Source of the DNA: Podarcis cretensis
Lineage: Eukaryota
NCBI GenBank assembly: GCA_951804945.1
Contig: OX638154.1
Coordinates: forward strand, 44,888,001 to 44,952,000
Direction: 5' to 3'
Length of the DNA stretch: 64,000 bases
This document shows, in pieces, positions 48,174 to 61,580 of the stretch (positions are counted from its first letter, which is position 1; each line of letters starts with the position of its first letter). The notes below the pieces were generated by a model. The model did no database searches and was not told the origin of the DNA. It saw only the letters and a program-made list of their open reading frames with translations. The position numbers were made by a program, and so were the translations under genes.

Positions 48174-51100
48174 TATAGGATGGATTTCCAGTACACATTT
48201 AATGGAGGAGCTACCTGTGCAGTATTACAATTCCAACCTCTAAATACGAAGCTGCAGTGGAGGAGAGATGAAGAACTCTCAACCTCCCCCTTGCTATTTT
48301 CTGGTGGTACACTCAATTTCACTTTAGCTTAGACTGTAAACATTGACTGTCTGTTGCCTGTCAGTGTACCAACTTCCATAGCTGCTGGCTGAACCGCTGT
48401 GATGTTACAGTAGCCTGGAGGAGAACTGGATAGGCATGGAGAGTAGTGGAGACTGAAAGGTTGAAAGGAAGTACCAGGTCCTAAATATAATGGATTTGGG
48501 GACAAAGGGGGGCAGTGAAAACAGCAGAAAGCAGAAAGCATAGAAAAGAAATGTTGGAACCAGGGGGACTAAGAGAACAATGATGAGAGCAGGCAATATG
48601 CTTAGGGAAGTGGGGACTGAGGAAATTTTACTAAAAGGTCAGTGGGTGGAATCCTCTCTACCCCCACCCCATTGTGGATTCAGTTGCTGTGATAACACAA
48701 TATTCTGGTGGAAGCTATTTCACATGGAGAAAGGCACAGAAAGAATTATGTTCTTTGGATGGAAATGGATATTGGAAAGGCAAAGAGGACTGCGGAGACA
48801 CCCATATTTCTTAGTAGCTAGCTGTGGATGAATTAACCCCAAATTTAGAAGAGTTCCAAAAATCTCAATTATAGCATTAACTTCTCTAACCTTCGTTTGT
48901 CTGGGAGATGAGTGTATGTGACTTTTCGATATGCTGTACTTGAGGCAAATCTGAAGAGTTCCAGGTGAGGAAGTAGAATTGAGATGGTTCAATATATAAT
49001 TTTGCAGTGAGAGTGAAGCTGGACGCAGTGAGAGTAAAACGGACTGTGTGCTGCACATGCACATGCAATTCTTTTAAAGCAGCTGACACAAGAGGAAAAG
49101 AAATTTCACTAATCACTGACCAAGCGCCAACTTGACAATCCAGGTTCTTGGGAAGAGTACTGTTGTAGGCCGTGTATATATCCAGACGGTAAGCAGAAGT
49201 TGATGCCTGAACAAAAAGAGACAAAAAAAGCATAGAGGCCTGGAGGAGGCAGAGCCCAGCAGCCCATTCTCAGTGAAAGCATTCCTTCCAGTGTTTCACG
49301 GGCTTGAACTAATACTACTTGTGAAATGTTTAGCAAATATGTAGTAAATGATCATGTACTACACTATTAGATTGTCTGTTACCCAGGTTTCTGGAGGTTG
49401 ATAAACATACTTTTGACAGGTTGCCTTACTTTTTTGAAGCATTAGCTGGATGTTTTTAATAATTGGTAGAAGGAATTGTCTTATGCTTTATGTGACCTAG
49501 TTTCCCGTTAGCAAGGCTTGCTGGGGCTTGGCTTGAATAGCGTTTGCAACTGATGTAGCTGCTTTGAGGGTCCTGTGGTAGAAAAATGGGACCTATTTAC
49601 ATACCAAATCCTTCATTTGATCATTTGAAATTTCTTTAGCATTTCCTTCTTGACCCTACCAGGGTTTTACTGCTTTTTCTTTTTAATTAGGTGTTCACTG
49701 AACACCTCTTCATGCAATAATCTAGGCACATTGTCAGCTCTTCTAAAGGTTGTGCATGCACACTCAAGTACTAGAGAAAGTATGAAACCCAGAATGTGCT
49801 GAAAGCCAAACCTTGTTTTGGTAGTTAGAGACAAGTTTCTGACCAAGAATTTGGGGCGAAGCGGGGGGGACCACACAAGCCTTTCAGGCTGCTACAATAT
49901 ACCCAGGTGGTTATGTGAACAAAGATCCTTAACTGTAAGCTCTTTTTACTAGCTATGTTAGAGGCAAGATATTTTAAAAATGGTTTAAAATAAATAAATT
50001 GGCTGGGATAGCCTAAATGGGCCTTTTTTTCTTTTTTGCTTGATTTTAAAATGTAGATGCAGATATAGTTTTCAAAATATCTTTAACTATGTACCGTAAG
50101 GACTTCTGTGATAAGATCATAATTCTCTTAGAAGTGGTTGATCTTATTCAGCAAACAAGGTGGAATGGTATTATTGCTGCTGCAGCTGAATCAGAGGTTG
50201 AGCTGCCAATAGATAAACTCCAAGTTGCATCTAGTTCTCAGCCTGCAGCCATACTGTGCATACCCAATATGCTTCTGCCTGCATTGCAAACAAACAAGAG
50301 TAGCAATCAGAAGTTGCTTAAGTGTATGCAGTTACTATGATTGTTTCTGCCAAAGAATGCAGAAGACTAGGAACATCACAGATGGAAACATGCTCTAAAA
50401 CTGTGCCATTATCTTGAAATATTTGCCTTCATTGATCATTGCAGTGGTGTATCTGTTGTTTCACATAATTTCAGCTAAAATTGTACTGTTCAGTGACAGC
50501 TTTTGCTACTTGCTGAATTAATCTAAGTCTCTATTTCAATAATTCATACCGATTGTATGGTTTTACATTTAGGAATGTTCCCCTCCCCCCACTTCCTATA
50601 GTATCACATTTAATGGTTTCATTGTATAAGTATCCTGTGGACAATGTAATTAGGTTTTCATGGAATCAGATTTTGCTGCTTCCTTTCACTTTTGCAGACT
50701 CTTTGGGCAGGAAAAGCTTTGACTGCTAGAGAATTGTGCATCACAGTTTAAATTAAGTCTAGCCTCCTCTATTCTTTCTGAAATGTGATCATGAAGTGTT
50801 AAGATAACTGTTGTAATATTTGCTTTGTGAATGGGTAAAAACATAACATGTTTGTTCTGTGTTCTCTGGTAGCTAGTATTTCAAACCACACAGAATGTTC
50901 TAAAATCTTGGATAGATAATAACTGCTCTCATAATCTGACATGCCTGCTTATTTAGTGAACAACAGTATAAAGGTTCTAAATTTTAACTCAATTTATAAA
51001 TATTACATATGGGATTAACATATCTGAAACTTTCGATTGCATGAATTTGTTTCCAAAAAGTGTATTTGAAGACCACTACTTTTGTACAAACTACCTCCTT

Positions 51101-53316
51101 TTTGAGAGTCAATCAGTGTAGCCCTTACTGTTGAAAGAGGAAGAAAAAAGTAGACAACCCATATCAATTTGCAGCTGAGCTGTTGGCACACAACAAAATT
51201 AACAGTTCAGGACTCCAAACACTTGTCCTTGATTAGCAGGCTGTTAATGTGCTTCTCTCCCTTACTCCCAGTCCCACCCCATGGTCTTATAGTTGCAGGG
51301 TGAGGTGCTAAAATAAACTTTTAAAAAAATACTGTTATGAAACTGTCGCAAAATGCTATATACAAAACATGCTTGAAATTGGTAGCTTTTAAGAACAGGA
51401 TTTAAAAGGTTAGGGTTAACTGAGAAAGTTGAATTCTACTTCAGTGTTTATTATATCTATATGTTCTGAATGATACTTCTACCCAACTTTTAAAGATCAA
51501 AAACTGTGCTTTTAGATAGCCCCTGGCAAGCTGGAAAAAAAAATTTGGTTCTTTGTAGTCTGATACAGAACTCCATTGTTTAATCTCACACCTGGCAATG
51601 TTAGCATTGCTATGAAGGCTGAACAGTTTCATTGTTGTGGTTTAATCACTTTGGGTTGTATTCAATACTAGTCCTACTTGGAGTTGACCAATTGAAATTA
51701 AGGAACCTAAGTCATGCCCATTAACCTCAGTGAGTCTGTTGTGGGGTATGGATACTTTTCTGATGAGATAACATATACCTCTTCAACCCCAGATAGGCCA
51801 AATTTAGCAGGTGTGTAAGGCTTCCCTTACACTATGACATCAGGTGATTCTGTGCTTTGAAGTCCCAGAACATCCAGTTTTGCTGTTTGCAGAGGGCTTT
51901 CAAGACAGTTCATGTGCACCTGTTTGAGCCTCCGGAGGCGCAAATAAGAGTATGGTGGTAGTGGTGGCAGCGCTGCCTGAAAGCCTTTTGCAAAAGCAAC
52001 TGTTTTTGTGTACTCCCTATCTCCTGTTCAGAACAGGGGCAGCCAGGTGCCTTTTGGGAGTATCAGCTGCCCACAGGAGAAGTTCTATGCACAGCCTATC
52101 TTTCCAAAAGACAGCTTCTTCCAAAAGGGGTTGCTTTCTTTGGCTGTGCATGCCTTTTCCCCAAGAGGGAACAGGCACGCACAGCCAAAATGAGCCCTTT
52201 ACAAGTTGCTCCATGCTGCTCCTTTCAGTTTCTGATTTTGAAAGTTGAAAGGAGCTTCTTCAAAGAGCACCACTGGGAGGAGGAAGAAGTGGTTTCCCTT
52301 CTTGAGGAAGGCAGGCTCCTACTGCCCCACAGCTGAAGGGCAGGTGGGAATGCCCTTGCTGCAGCAAATGAATGACGGAGCCCACTTTAAGCCCAGGTAG
52401 CTAGAAGCAGCTTTGGCCAGCTATAACTGTTCCTAGGCCAGAGGACATTGACCACAGTAGTGTAGGTATTGGTGACTTGAAGACTGGATTGCTGCAATGC
52501 ACTCAATGTGGGGCATCATTTGCGCTTGACCTGGAAGGTCCAGTTATTGCAGAATGCTCTGGCATAGTTGCAGACAGCAATTCAAGACCCTGTCTGTATA
52601 AAACAATTTTCCAGGTGGCCCAGCCTGGAGTTAGAATAACAAAAAAAGACACCAACTTTCTCCTCCTTTAAAACCTGCTGCTGTGCTCAGCAGAGTTTCA
52701 TACACCTTGCCACTCCGTTCTGCCTCACTGCTCCATGACCAGAAATACATTTGCTCTATAAATCTAATTAAAGGATTTTAATGCTGATAGCATTTCTGTA
52801 TTCAGGCAAAGGTGTGCAATTTCCCAAAAAACACATTGTGTTGCTTGACCAGTTTCATGTATGTTTTTTCTTTTCTTTTAGAGAACTGCATCTTTATATA
52901 GTAAATTCCTATGCAATAAAGTTGATATGTATTCTAAATCTGAAGCTGCTTCTGTTGCTTAATAAAAAGTTGGGTTCTTCACAGATCACCCATTTTTGCT
53001 AAAGGAAGTTTCTTTTCATTGTATCTGATTTCCATGTTGAGTGTTTTCTGCTTATTGCATCAATTTTTCAGTACTGCTTATCTCTCTTGGTTGCCAACCA
53101 TTTTAGTACCTCTGCTTTTGTAATTTTAAAAGCCATCTGATAAGTGGAAAATAATCAGGTGGTAGAGATAAGGCAACAACAAAAGCTTTTCCTATTTAAG
53201 TTTTGTGTGCTAGGCTGCTGCTAAGGCACAGGGTCAGTTAAAAAAGGTGGCAACTCTACTGTCCATGCCCAGATCTGCTTAGGGGTAGCAGTGTATGTAT
53301 CTTCATAGTATTTTCT

Positions 53317-53487
53317 GTAGTGTCCCGGTTTGCAAACTTTACCTCGGTCTAAGAACTGAATTTGAACGGTGGAAGGGCACCAGTGGCAGAAGGCCTCATT
53401 AGGGAAAGCGCGCCTCGGTTTAAGAATGGTTTTGGTTTAAGAACGGATATCTGGAACAGATTAAGTTCGTAAACCGAGGTACCACTG
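53317..53487. mobile_element. Truncated Tigger-like MITE, family C (inverted)
   Basis: Reverse complement of part of 47933-48173; only one TIR is present. Confidence 0.8.
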
Positions 53488-54364
53488 TAAATCATTTTTA
53501 GCTTACCAATCATGTGGTCTTTTTCTATGCTAGGGGAAGAGGAAAACTTTGCAAGGAACTCGGAAGGGCATATTTTAAAGGTCTAACAGCCTATATTTGC
53601 ATGTTTTACTTTGCTGCATATTTTGTGATTTTAAATCTCTGCTGGTATTCTCTCATCAAAGAGTACTTGCCTGAAACTTGGACCTTGGCATCTAGGAATT
53701 CTCCTTACATAACTACTTTTTGCTTGAACCAAGACCTCAGACCTTGTTAGAATACCCTTAAGGCCAGCACAACTGTGGGGATGAGCCCTTGCCCTCTTCC
53801 CAAGCTTACCAGAGGGGAAACTTGCCATGGTAGGTGCATGTGTGGAGCCATGTATAGCACTGAAGGGCTAGGTAACAACCTGTTACTTTTAGGTAGGTGT
53901 CCATAACTTTTATGTTGAAAAGTAGCAATGGCAGAATCTATGCAAGTATTTCAAAACTAAACTCTCCCCTTTTGGCAGAGGTGCTTGTCGTACTCATTAT
54001 AATTATTTTCATATTCAGTAATAAAATTGAAATATATGAATATTAACAGCTGCATTAATGTTAACATAATCAATTTTGTTATGTAGTTTGTCTGTGAATA
54101 TCTCAGACAGTGCTTCTCCCAGTATGTCACCCTGCCCTCTCCCACATTTCAGGTTCAGTTGAAGAGTTCCCTTTTTGTTAAGCACATATGTGAATACTGA
54201 AGCAGAGCTTTCCCTTAGGCTTTTATTAATGAGCTTCATTAATCATCTTAGGAAGTGTGTAACTTCTGTATTGACATACATTTTAAAATCAGGATTACGT
54301 AATACTATGTGTTCTCTCTAGACGATCCTGTTCAGTTGAAGTCATATGTGGATATCCTATAGAG

Positions 54365-54671
54365 CATGGGTAGGCAAACTAAGGGCTGGATCCGGCCCAA
54401 TCTCCTTCTAAATCCGGGATGTGAACCAGCATGTTTTTACATGAGTAGAATGTGTCCTTTTATTTAAAATGCATCTCTGGGTTATTTGTGGGGCCTGCCT
54501 GGTGTTTTTACATGAGTAGAATGTGTCCTTTTATTTAAAATGCATCTCTGGGTTATTTGTGGGGCATAGGAATTTGTTCATTATTTTTTTTTCCAAAATA
54601 TATTTCGCCCCCCCCACAAGGTCTGAAGGACAGTGAACCGGCCCCCTGCTGAAAAAGTTTGCTGACCCTTG
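54365..54671. mobile_element. hAT-type MITE with an internal duplicated block of about 60 bp
   Basis: Ends CATGGGTAGGCAAACT/AGTTTGCTGACCCTTG; 8-bp TSD CTATAGAG/CTGTAGAG. Confidence 0.82.
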
Positions 54672-55939
54672 CTGTAGAGTAAATTTTCTTCTACACTACA
54701 AAGAAACATATTGTTGTGATTTTGCTGCCTTGTATTGTTTTGCGACTGATGGATATAGTTGTAGTCTACTCTGTATATTGTTTAATATACTGTTCACCAC
54801 ATTTACAAACCTTTGGGCTGAAAAGGAGTATATAAATAAATTGTAATTGTTTGACATGGCTAAAGATATGCAGTAAATGGGAAAAGTTGTTCCCAGTCTT
54901 ATATTGCTTGCATTACTAAACAGTGTATGTGCTAATGTAGCATTCTTTTTTTAAAAAAGGGGGAACCCATATTCCTGTTCTAATCTCCGTCTTTTATGCC
55001 TACTCAGAGGAAGTGCCAACAACCATTTATGAAGCAGTAATTTAAGATTGCTACCCAATCTTTATGGTTTTGCCAGGTTTTGAGGATAACTTTAATACAG
55101 TACTCCATTGCTTCCCCAGAGTTCTGATCAGGTACCTGGCAAAACTCTCTTTTCCTCATTGCCTGGAAACATATACAAATGATTTACCAAGTGGTTATAT
55201 GTAGCAGGCTACCACTGTGTAATGGTCACCTGTATTATCACCATCATCACCATCATTATCATCATTGTTCCATAAATGTATATTCCCTTTTGGTATGAAA
55301 GATATAGGAGTTGAGTATTAAGGATAGACACTTCATTTGTTAATTTGAAGTAAGGGCCAAACTAGATGTTATGTGGCATGAGGAATTCAACATTGCAAGG
55401 TGGGTTTTTCCCTGGCTTAATCCTGTGCAATTTTTCCAGTTAAAATGATCTCCTCTCAATACTTCTGGTTTTGAGACTGGTGCCATAACAGGGCTAAAGT
55501 AAGAGCTGTTGTTATTATTATTAGTGCTTTTAATGGTAAGCAGCATGTAAGTTACTATATATACTTGCTTATGGCAATGTAAGAAAAGTCTTCAGATTGG
55601 TATAGTTTTTAGAACAGCTTATTCTATGGCAATTGTTTTCATATTTGACAGATCTTTCCCATATTGTCGTCTTTGCTGTGGAAATTTTTAATACAGCCAA
55701 GGTTCCAGGGGCATGTTATAGAGAAGCCTTTTTAAATATATGGAACCCCAGATGTTGTTGAACTACAATTACCATCATCCTTTGTCAATGACTTGGGATG
55801 ATGGGGCTGTAGTCCAACAACATCTTGGGGACCCAAGTTGAATAATTTTTTCTAGTGTCAAAGTTCAATGCAGGGCACTTTTGTGACCCTTGTTGTCTCC
55901 ACCATTGTACTTCCTAGACTGAATGTCTGCCTTAGGAGG

Positions 55940-56343
55940 TGGGCTCAGTGATTGAGCACATGTTTTTCATGCAGACGTTCTGAGGTTGGATCCCCAACAT
56001 CCCCAGGCAGGGCTAGGAATGTCCCCAGTCAGAAACCTTGGAGTCACAGGAGTTGGTGTAAACAATACAGTCAAACCTCGACTCCTGAACGCCTCTGTTT
56101 TGGAACGTTTCGGCTCCGAAACGCTGAAAACCTGGAAGTAAATGCTCTGGTTTTCGAACGTTTTTCAGAAGCTGAATGTCCGACACAGCTTCCGATCGAG
56201 TGCAGAAAGCTCCTGCAACCAATCAGAAGCCACGGTTTGGTTGTCGAACATTTCGGACGCCAATTGTTTGACAGCCAAGGTTCGATTGTACTGAGTAAAA
56301 TGAACCAATAATCTGACTATATAAAACAGCTTCCTATGTTCCT
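55940..56343 (+). mobile_element. tRNA-derived SINE interrupted by a mariner-type MITE (56068-56288)
   Basis: GCTCAGTG A-box-like head and CAGCTTCCTATGTTCCT tail as in the copy at about 15790-15955; insert bounded by TA|CAGTCAAACCTCG...CCAAGGTTCGATTG|TA. Confidence 0.72.
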
Positions 56344-58610
56344 TAGAATACAACCAGCACTCTGTTGCACATTGCAATAGGCATGTTTTCTTTCAGGGAT
56401 GTTTATAATCCATTGATGATCTTCCCTAATAAGCTTTAATAATAATCCATTAATAATGGATTTATAATCCATTGATGATCTTCCCTAATAAGCTTCTAAA
56501 ACAAACAAGGACTCCCCAGAATCCTGTTCTGTGGGGATAAACGGTATTCGGATAATGATGTGAGGACCTGAGAAATTCATCATTTTCATAAAAAGTGTCA
56601 CACAGCCTTAATCAGTAAAAGTTGTTAGGTATTGAACAGCTGATCATGGAAAATAAAACAAAATGTTAACATGGCAGATCAGTCTGGTTACTACTTTGCA
56701 CGAAAGAGGGGATGGACATATGTAGTAAGATTCCCTGCATTTGTATTATTTCTATCCATTCTGTGACAGCTCAGATCAAGAAAGTGGGCCACAGCTGTGT
56801 GCCTGCTTATATGACTGCCATCGGATAGCAGCTGAGCAATTTTAACAAATAGTGAATATGGCTATTTTTCCTTGTTCTGTATGCTTTTCTGTGAAGTGCT
56901 GCACTGCATTCATAATCTCCGAGTTCATTTCAGTGGGTGGCGTTAGACCTAATTGAGAAATGCTGTCCTACAGCTGAATTTACTCTCTCTTTCTCACAGA
57001 GACAAGTCTTGCTATAAAAAGAAAACCACACAAGATACGTCTGAATATGTTTTTATTATTACTGATTTTAAAAAGTCAGAGGGTGGAAAGCTTTCCTATG
57101 GAATCTCTTGAGCATTCAGATGACTTAAGAAGTGACGTGTGATCAGAAATGTTAAATGAATAATTTGAGAAAGGAATCTGGTTTGCATTTCTGTTTCACT
57201 AGTGCTTTGTTCCCCAGGCTTCTTCAAAAGATCAGCAGCTGTGACCCCAAATAGTCTTTATTCCAGTTCCAAAATAATCTCAAAATAGTCCTTCATTTAA
57301 AAAAAGGAACTAGATTAAAGCATTCCGTCTTGGCATAAATGTGGTGTGAATGGGTTTGACACTTGCTCTGGTACTATGTGTATTTAAATAAGGGGTGGAT
57401 TTTAAAGCAACAGAGTTAAGACATTGGCGTTATGGTTCTAGAGACTAATCAAGTTGTACACTGAACGTGCACTGTCATAAGGCAATTTATACAGAATTTG
57501 TAGATAACGTACGGACATTTCTGTCTGATTGTGGAACAGCAATTTGAAAGTATTTATTCATTCATATGTTGCCTTTCTGCAAGCTGGTCATTTTTTTTTA
57601 ATAGGTCAATAAAGCCAGATGAATTCTGGCACTTTACTTATTTAGCAAGTGAGATTTGAAATGGAACAACCAGATTTTTAGCATTATTTGATGGTGCACT
57701 TTAGAGCTTGTTCTATTTCCATTCATTGAAGTTAACTGTTCTACCACCAAGTGTGTTATCCTATTTAATACAATCTGAAGCATAAAAATGATCAGGACAG
57801 AGCTTTTAGTATCTTTTTTAATTTCTTCAGGTTCTTGCATGCTTAATGAGGAAATTATTCTCTGGGACAATTGCTCACTTTATATAACAGTTTTCCCCCA
57901 ATTAATTATTACAAAGAAAGATGAGAAATGTGAAGAAAATTGCTTCACTCCAAACTGGTTTCGGAACTATTTAGAGGAGAGGGTCTGTCCCATACTAGAA
58001 GTTATCCATCCATCCAACAGGGTCAAAGTTTCTGGGATAGAAGCTGTATATGTGTGTGCGTGAGCATGTGCATGCACTTTCCTCTTCTGACGGGGAGGAA
58101 AGCGCATGCACATGCTCGCGCACACACACACACATTATCTTGCTAGCTTATAACCTGTCCCAGGTGCTAATTACATTACATATTTCATCACTGTCCCATT
58201 TTAACTGGGAAATTATATAGCAGCTTGGTACTCTTTTCATTGTTCCTCTCACTTTGCAGCAGTATATGCATGGCTTCTCTCAGAGGTCTTGCACTACTGG
58301 CTTCCTGACAACCTTCCACTTTATATTGAAGTCCTTGAAATTCCATGCTTTCCAACTGTTAACGACACTACTTGAATTCAGAATTCATTGCCTGTGAAGG
58401 TTTGACATGGCCTGTCTACTTCTATTTTAAAAAAACTAGACCTGGATACATTCTATGTACTGAGCCTTGACAGATCTGTATTTTTCCATGGACTTTTCTT
58501 TTGAACTATGGCACATAATTGTGCTTAGCTGTAAACTAGAAAGGCTTACTAATTGATTTACAATAAAGGATCATTATCTGGCATAATTCCACTAGATCAG
58601 AAGTGTACAC

Positions 58611-58612
58611 AT

Positions 58613-58644
<32 letters not shown>

Positions 58645-60170
58645 ATGGCATACCACCAACATTAAGGAAAAATATAGTGCTGAGTAGCATGAAATCAGCA
58701 ATAAAATTACATTCATAAAACATGTACAAAATATATCACAAACAATTAGATCAGATTAATACATCACTATAGCTGGATCACCCCCTCAGAGAAAGACTGG
58801 GTGAACAGTTGAGTTTTAAGCAGGCACCTAAATGCCAGGGGACGTAAATGCACCGGGGAGGCACCTAAATGCACCAGGGATGCGGGTGGCGCTGTGGGTT
58901 AAACCACAGAGCCTAGGACTTGCCGATCAGAAGGTCGGCGGTTCAAATCCCCACGACGGGGTGAGCTCCCATTGCTCAGTCCCTGCTGCTGCCAACCTAG
59001 CAGTTCGAAAGCACCTCAAAGTGCAAGTAGATAAATAGGTACCACTCCGGTGGGAAGGTAAACAGCATTTCCATGCGCTACTCTGGTTCGCCAGAAGCTG
59101 CTTAGTCATGCTGGCCACATGACCCGGAAGCTGTACGCCAGCTCCCTCGGCCAATAAAGGGAGATTTGCGCCACAACCCCAGAGTCGTCCACAAATGGTC
59201 AGGGGTCCCTTTACGTTTACCTAAATGCCAGTACTATGGGTGTGTGCCTGATGTTCATGGGAAGCACATTTCAAAGGGCAGCTTCTGCCAAATGAAAGAT
59301 TCTGGTCTTAGTGGACATAAGACAAATTTCTGGAGCATAAAGCACTACTAAAAACTTCTCTCTTGAGGATTGAAGTGTCTAGGCAGGGGTATAACGAGGA
59401 CAGGTGTTCCTGGAGGTAACTGGTCCCAAGTTCAGGACTTTATTTGCCAGTGGCAAGATCTTAAATTTGCCCCAGTAGCATATTGGAAGTCAGTACAGCT
59501 CTTTCAACACAGGTTTTATGTGGTGTTAATAGGGCATACCCTTCAACCGCCTTCTTGCAGCATTCTACACTAGATGCAGTTTCTGAACAACCCTTAATGT
59601 TATCCATGCCTAGGTTACCATAACTAAACTATCCCAATGTTTCACCAACTGAAGCTAGCAGAAAGCAGTCCTAGCCACTTGGGCCCCCAGTGAGAAGCAT
59701 GGATCGAGGAGCACCTTCAAGCTATGTATCTTCCCCTCAAAGGAAGTGCAGCCCCATCCAGAACGGGCAACAGGCAACTAACTGATCTGTTTCCCAGACT
59801 TGGGAACTACTCATCCACAGAGCTTCTATCTTACTAGGATTCAAGCTCAGTTTATTGGCTCTTGTCCAGTCCACAACTGCATACTGGGCCAGTTCCTGCA
59901 CAGCCTCACCTAATTAAGAGAAGGCTATGGAGAAATAGAGTTTCATTGGCGTATTGTTGACAATGTGTTCCAAATCCCTTAATGATCTCTCCCAACAGCT
60001 TCATGTAGATGTTAAATAGCATTGCAGATAAAATCATACCCTGCAAAACAGTGCTGTCCTCGAGAACTGAACCTGGAAATAGAAGTGGAATCACTGTAAT
60101 ACAGTGCCCCCAATAACTATCCCACATAGATGGTTCAGGAGGGCACCATGGTCAGTGGCATCAAAAGCAC
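58611..60170 (-). mobile_element. Degenerate L2 LINE fragment (hosts a Sauria SINE)
   Basis: (ATTT)n tail at 58611-58642; minus-strand VLQGMILSAMLFNIYMKLLGEII..FG..CQQYA reverse transcriptase motif near 59940-60050. Bounds are approximate. Confidence 0.7.
58877..59218 (+). mobile_element. Sauria SINE inserted into an L2 fragment
   Basis: Full-length copy; TSD ACCTAAATGCCAG (58826-58838 and 59219-59231). Confidence 0.92.
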
Positions 60171-60423
60171 AGAGAGATGAAAGAGATAAAGCAAAGTCAC
60201 ACTCCTGTTGTCTTATTCAGCTCTGGGAAGATCTCGCATGGACTCTAGAGGCATCACGAGATCTCGGATGGCACCATGAGATCTCACAAAGGCCTCCAGA
60301 GGCCAGTTAGCAACGCAGAGAGCTTAACAGCACTTTCCACACCAGATGAGCTTTTAAACTCTCTGCCTTGTGTGATTGCGTACAGGTCGGTGGCCAAGCA
60401 TGTAAAGCCAGCATAGTGTAGTG

Positions 60424-61580
60424 TGGTGATGGTGAACATTTGAGAGACCGAGTGTCCAAACAGCAACCCAAAACCACTTCTTGATCACTAAGTGCCAATG
60501 CAGCAATTTAACTGGAATACAGTGGTACCTCGGGTTAAGTACTTAATTCATTCCGGAGGTCCGTTCTTAACCTGAAACTGTTCTTAACCTGAAGCACCAC
60601 TTTAGCTAATGAGGCCTCCTGCTGCCACTGCGCCACTGCCGCCCGATTTCTTTTCTCATCCTGAAGCAAAGTTCTTAACCCGAGGTACTATTTCTGGGTT
60701 AGCGGAGTCTGTAACCTGAAGCGTATGTAACCCGAGGTACCACTGTACTGAGGTTTCAGTTTAGAAAAAACAACTGCTACAACGCTAGGATAAGGATATG
60801 CCTTGCAGGTTTCCCGATGGCTTGTAAGATTGTGTGCAAATGTTGTGGAATTTTCTAAATGCATTTTTTCAATTTGGAAAATATTTCAGCTGTCCAAGGT
60901 CTCTTTCAAAAACCTGCAGTTTTCTCTGCAAGGTTTTGCTATCACAAAACATCCTTTCTGCCGTTTCCCCTACATCTTGTGGTTGTCTGTTCAGTAATTT
61001 TATCCTTATTTGGGAAATCATGAAAAAGGGAATTACTCCAAGACAACATAGCCGTTTTGATAAAGAGAGTTGCAAAAACTTAAGATACTGGGAATGGTAT
61101 TTCCCCTGTTTCCCTTTGAGAAACTCTTTTGTTTCAGTTTCACCAAGCTGGGCAATGCTTTTGTGGTTGGTGTCAAAGTGCCATCTGACACTTGATGTGT
61201 GACACACAACACTTTCATTGCACAGAAGACAGAACGCTTTCCTATTGCATTCAACGATCTTCCACTCTCTGTTCTTGCTTTTTTTCTTTCTTTCTTTTTT
61301 GCTGTATTCCTTTGTAGGTGTTCCTGACTTGGAGTCTACAAAAATTTTGAACATAGGAATATAAAGCATGCTGCATGAGAAAATCATAACAAAGATTACA
61401 ATTCTGAGCAAAATAATAAAGCGCCCAATACAAATCTATCCCTGTGTTTGCGTCACGATGGCGAGCCTCGATTCCTGGCTTTCTAGTAACGAACTCTGTG
61501 CTGGGGCAACTGCACATGTGCCCACAGAGAGAGTTCTGAGTGCCTCCTCTGGCACATATGCCATAGGTTCGCCACCACTG
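60424..61580 (-). mobile_element. Internally deleted hAT (Charlie/Buster-like) transposon with a transposase remnant
   Basis: Perfect 8-bp TSD GTGTAGTG (60416-60423 and 61581-61588); TIRs close to CAGTG(A/G)TGGCGAACCT; ORF 60869-61411 contains KAFCLLCNESVVCHTSSVRWHFDTNH, a BED-like zinc finger of hAT transposases. Confidence 0.85.
60520..60745. mobile_element. Tigger-like MITE, family B, nested in a hAT element
   Basis: Perfect TIR CAGTGGTACCTCGGGTTA with TA duplication. Confidence 0.9.

Noticed and set aside
54430-54570. Direct repeats that might suggest a CRISPR-like array (also the TTAGCGG repeats in the 563-880 MITE)
   Set aside because: Only two units, internal to transposon copies that recur elsewhere in the window; eukaryotic context with no cas genes.
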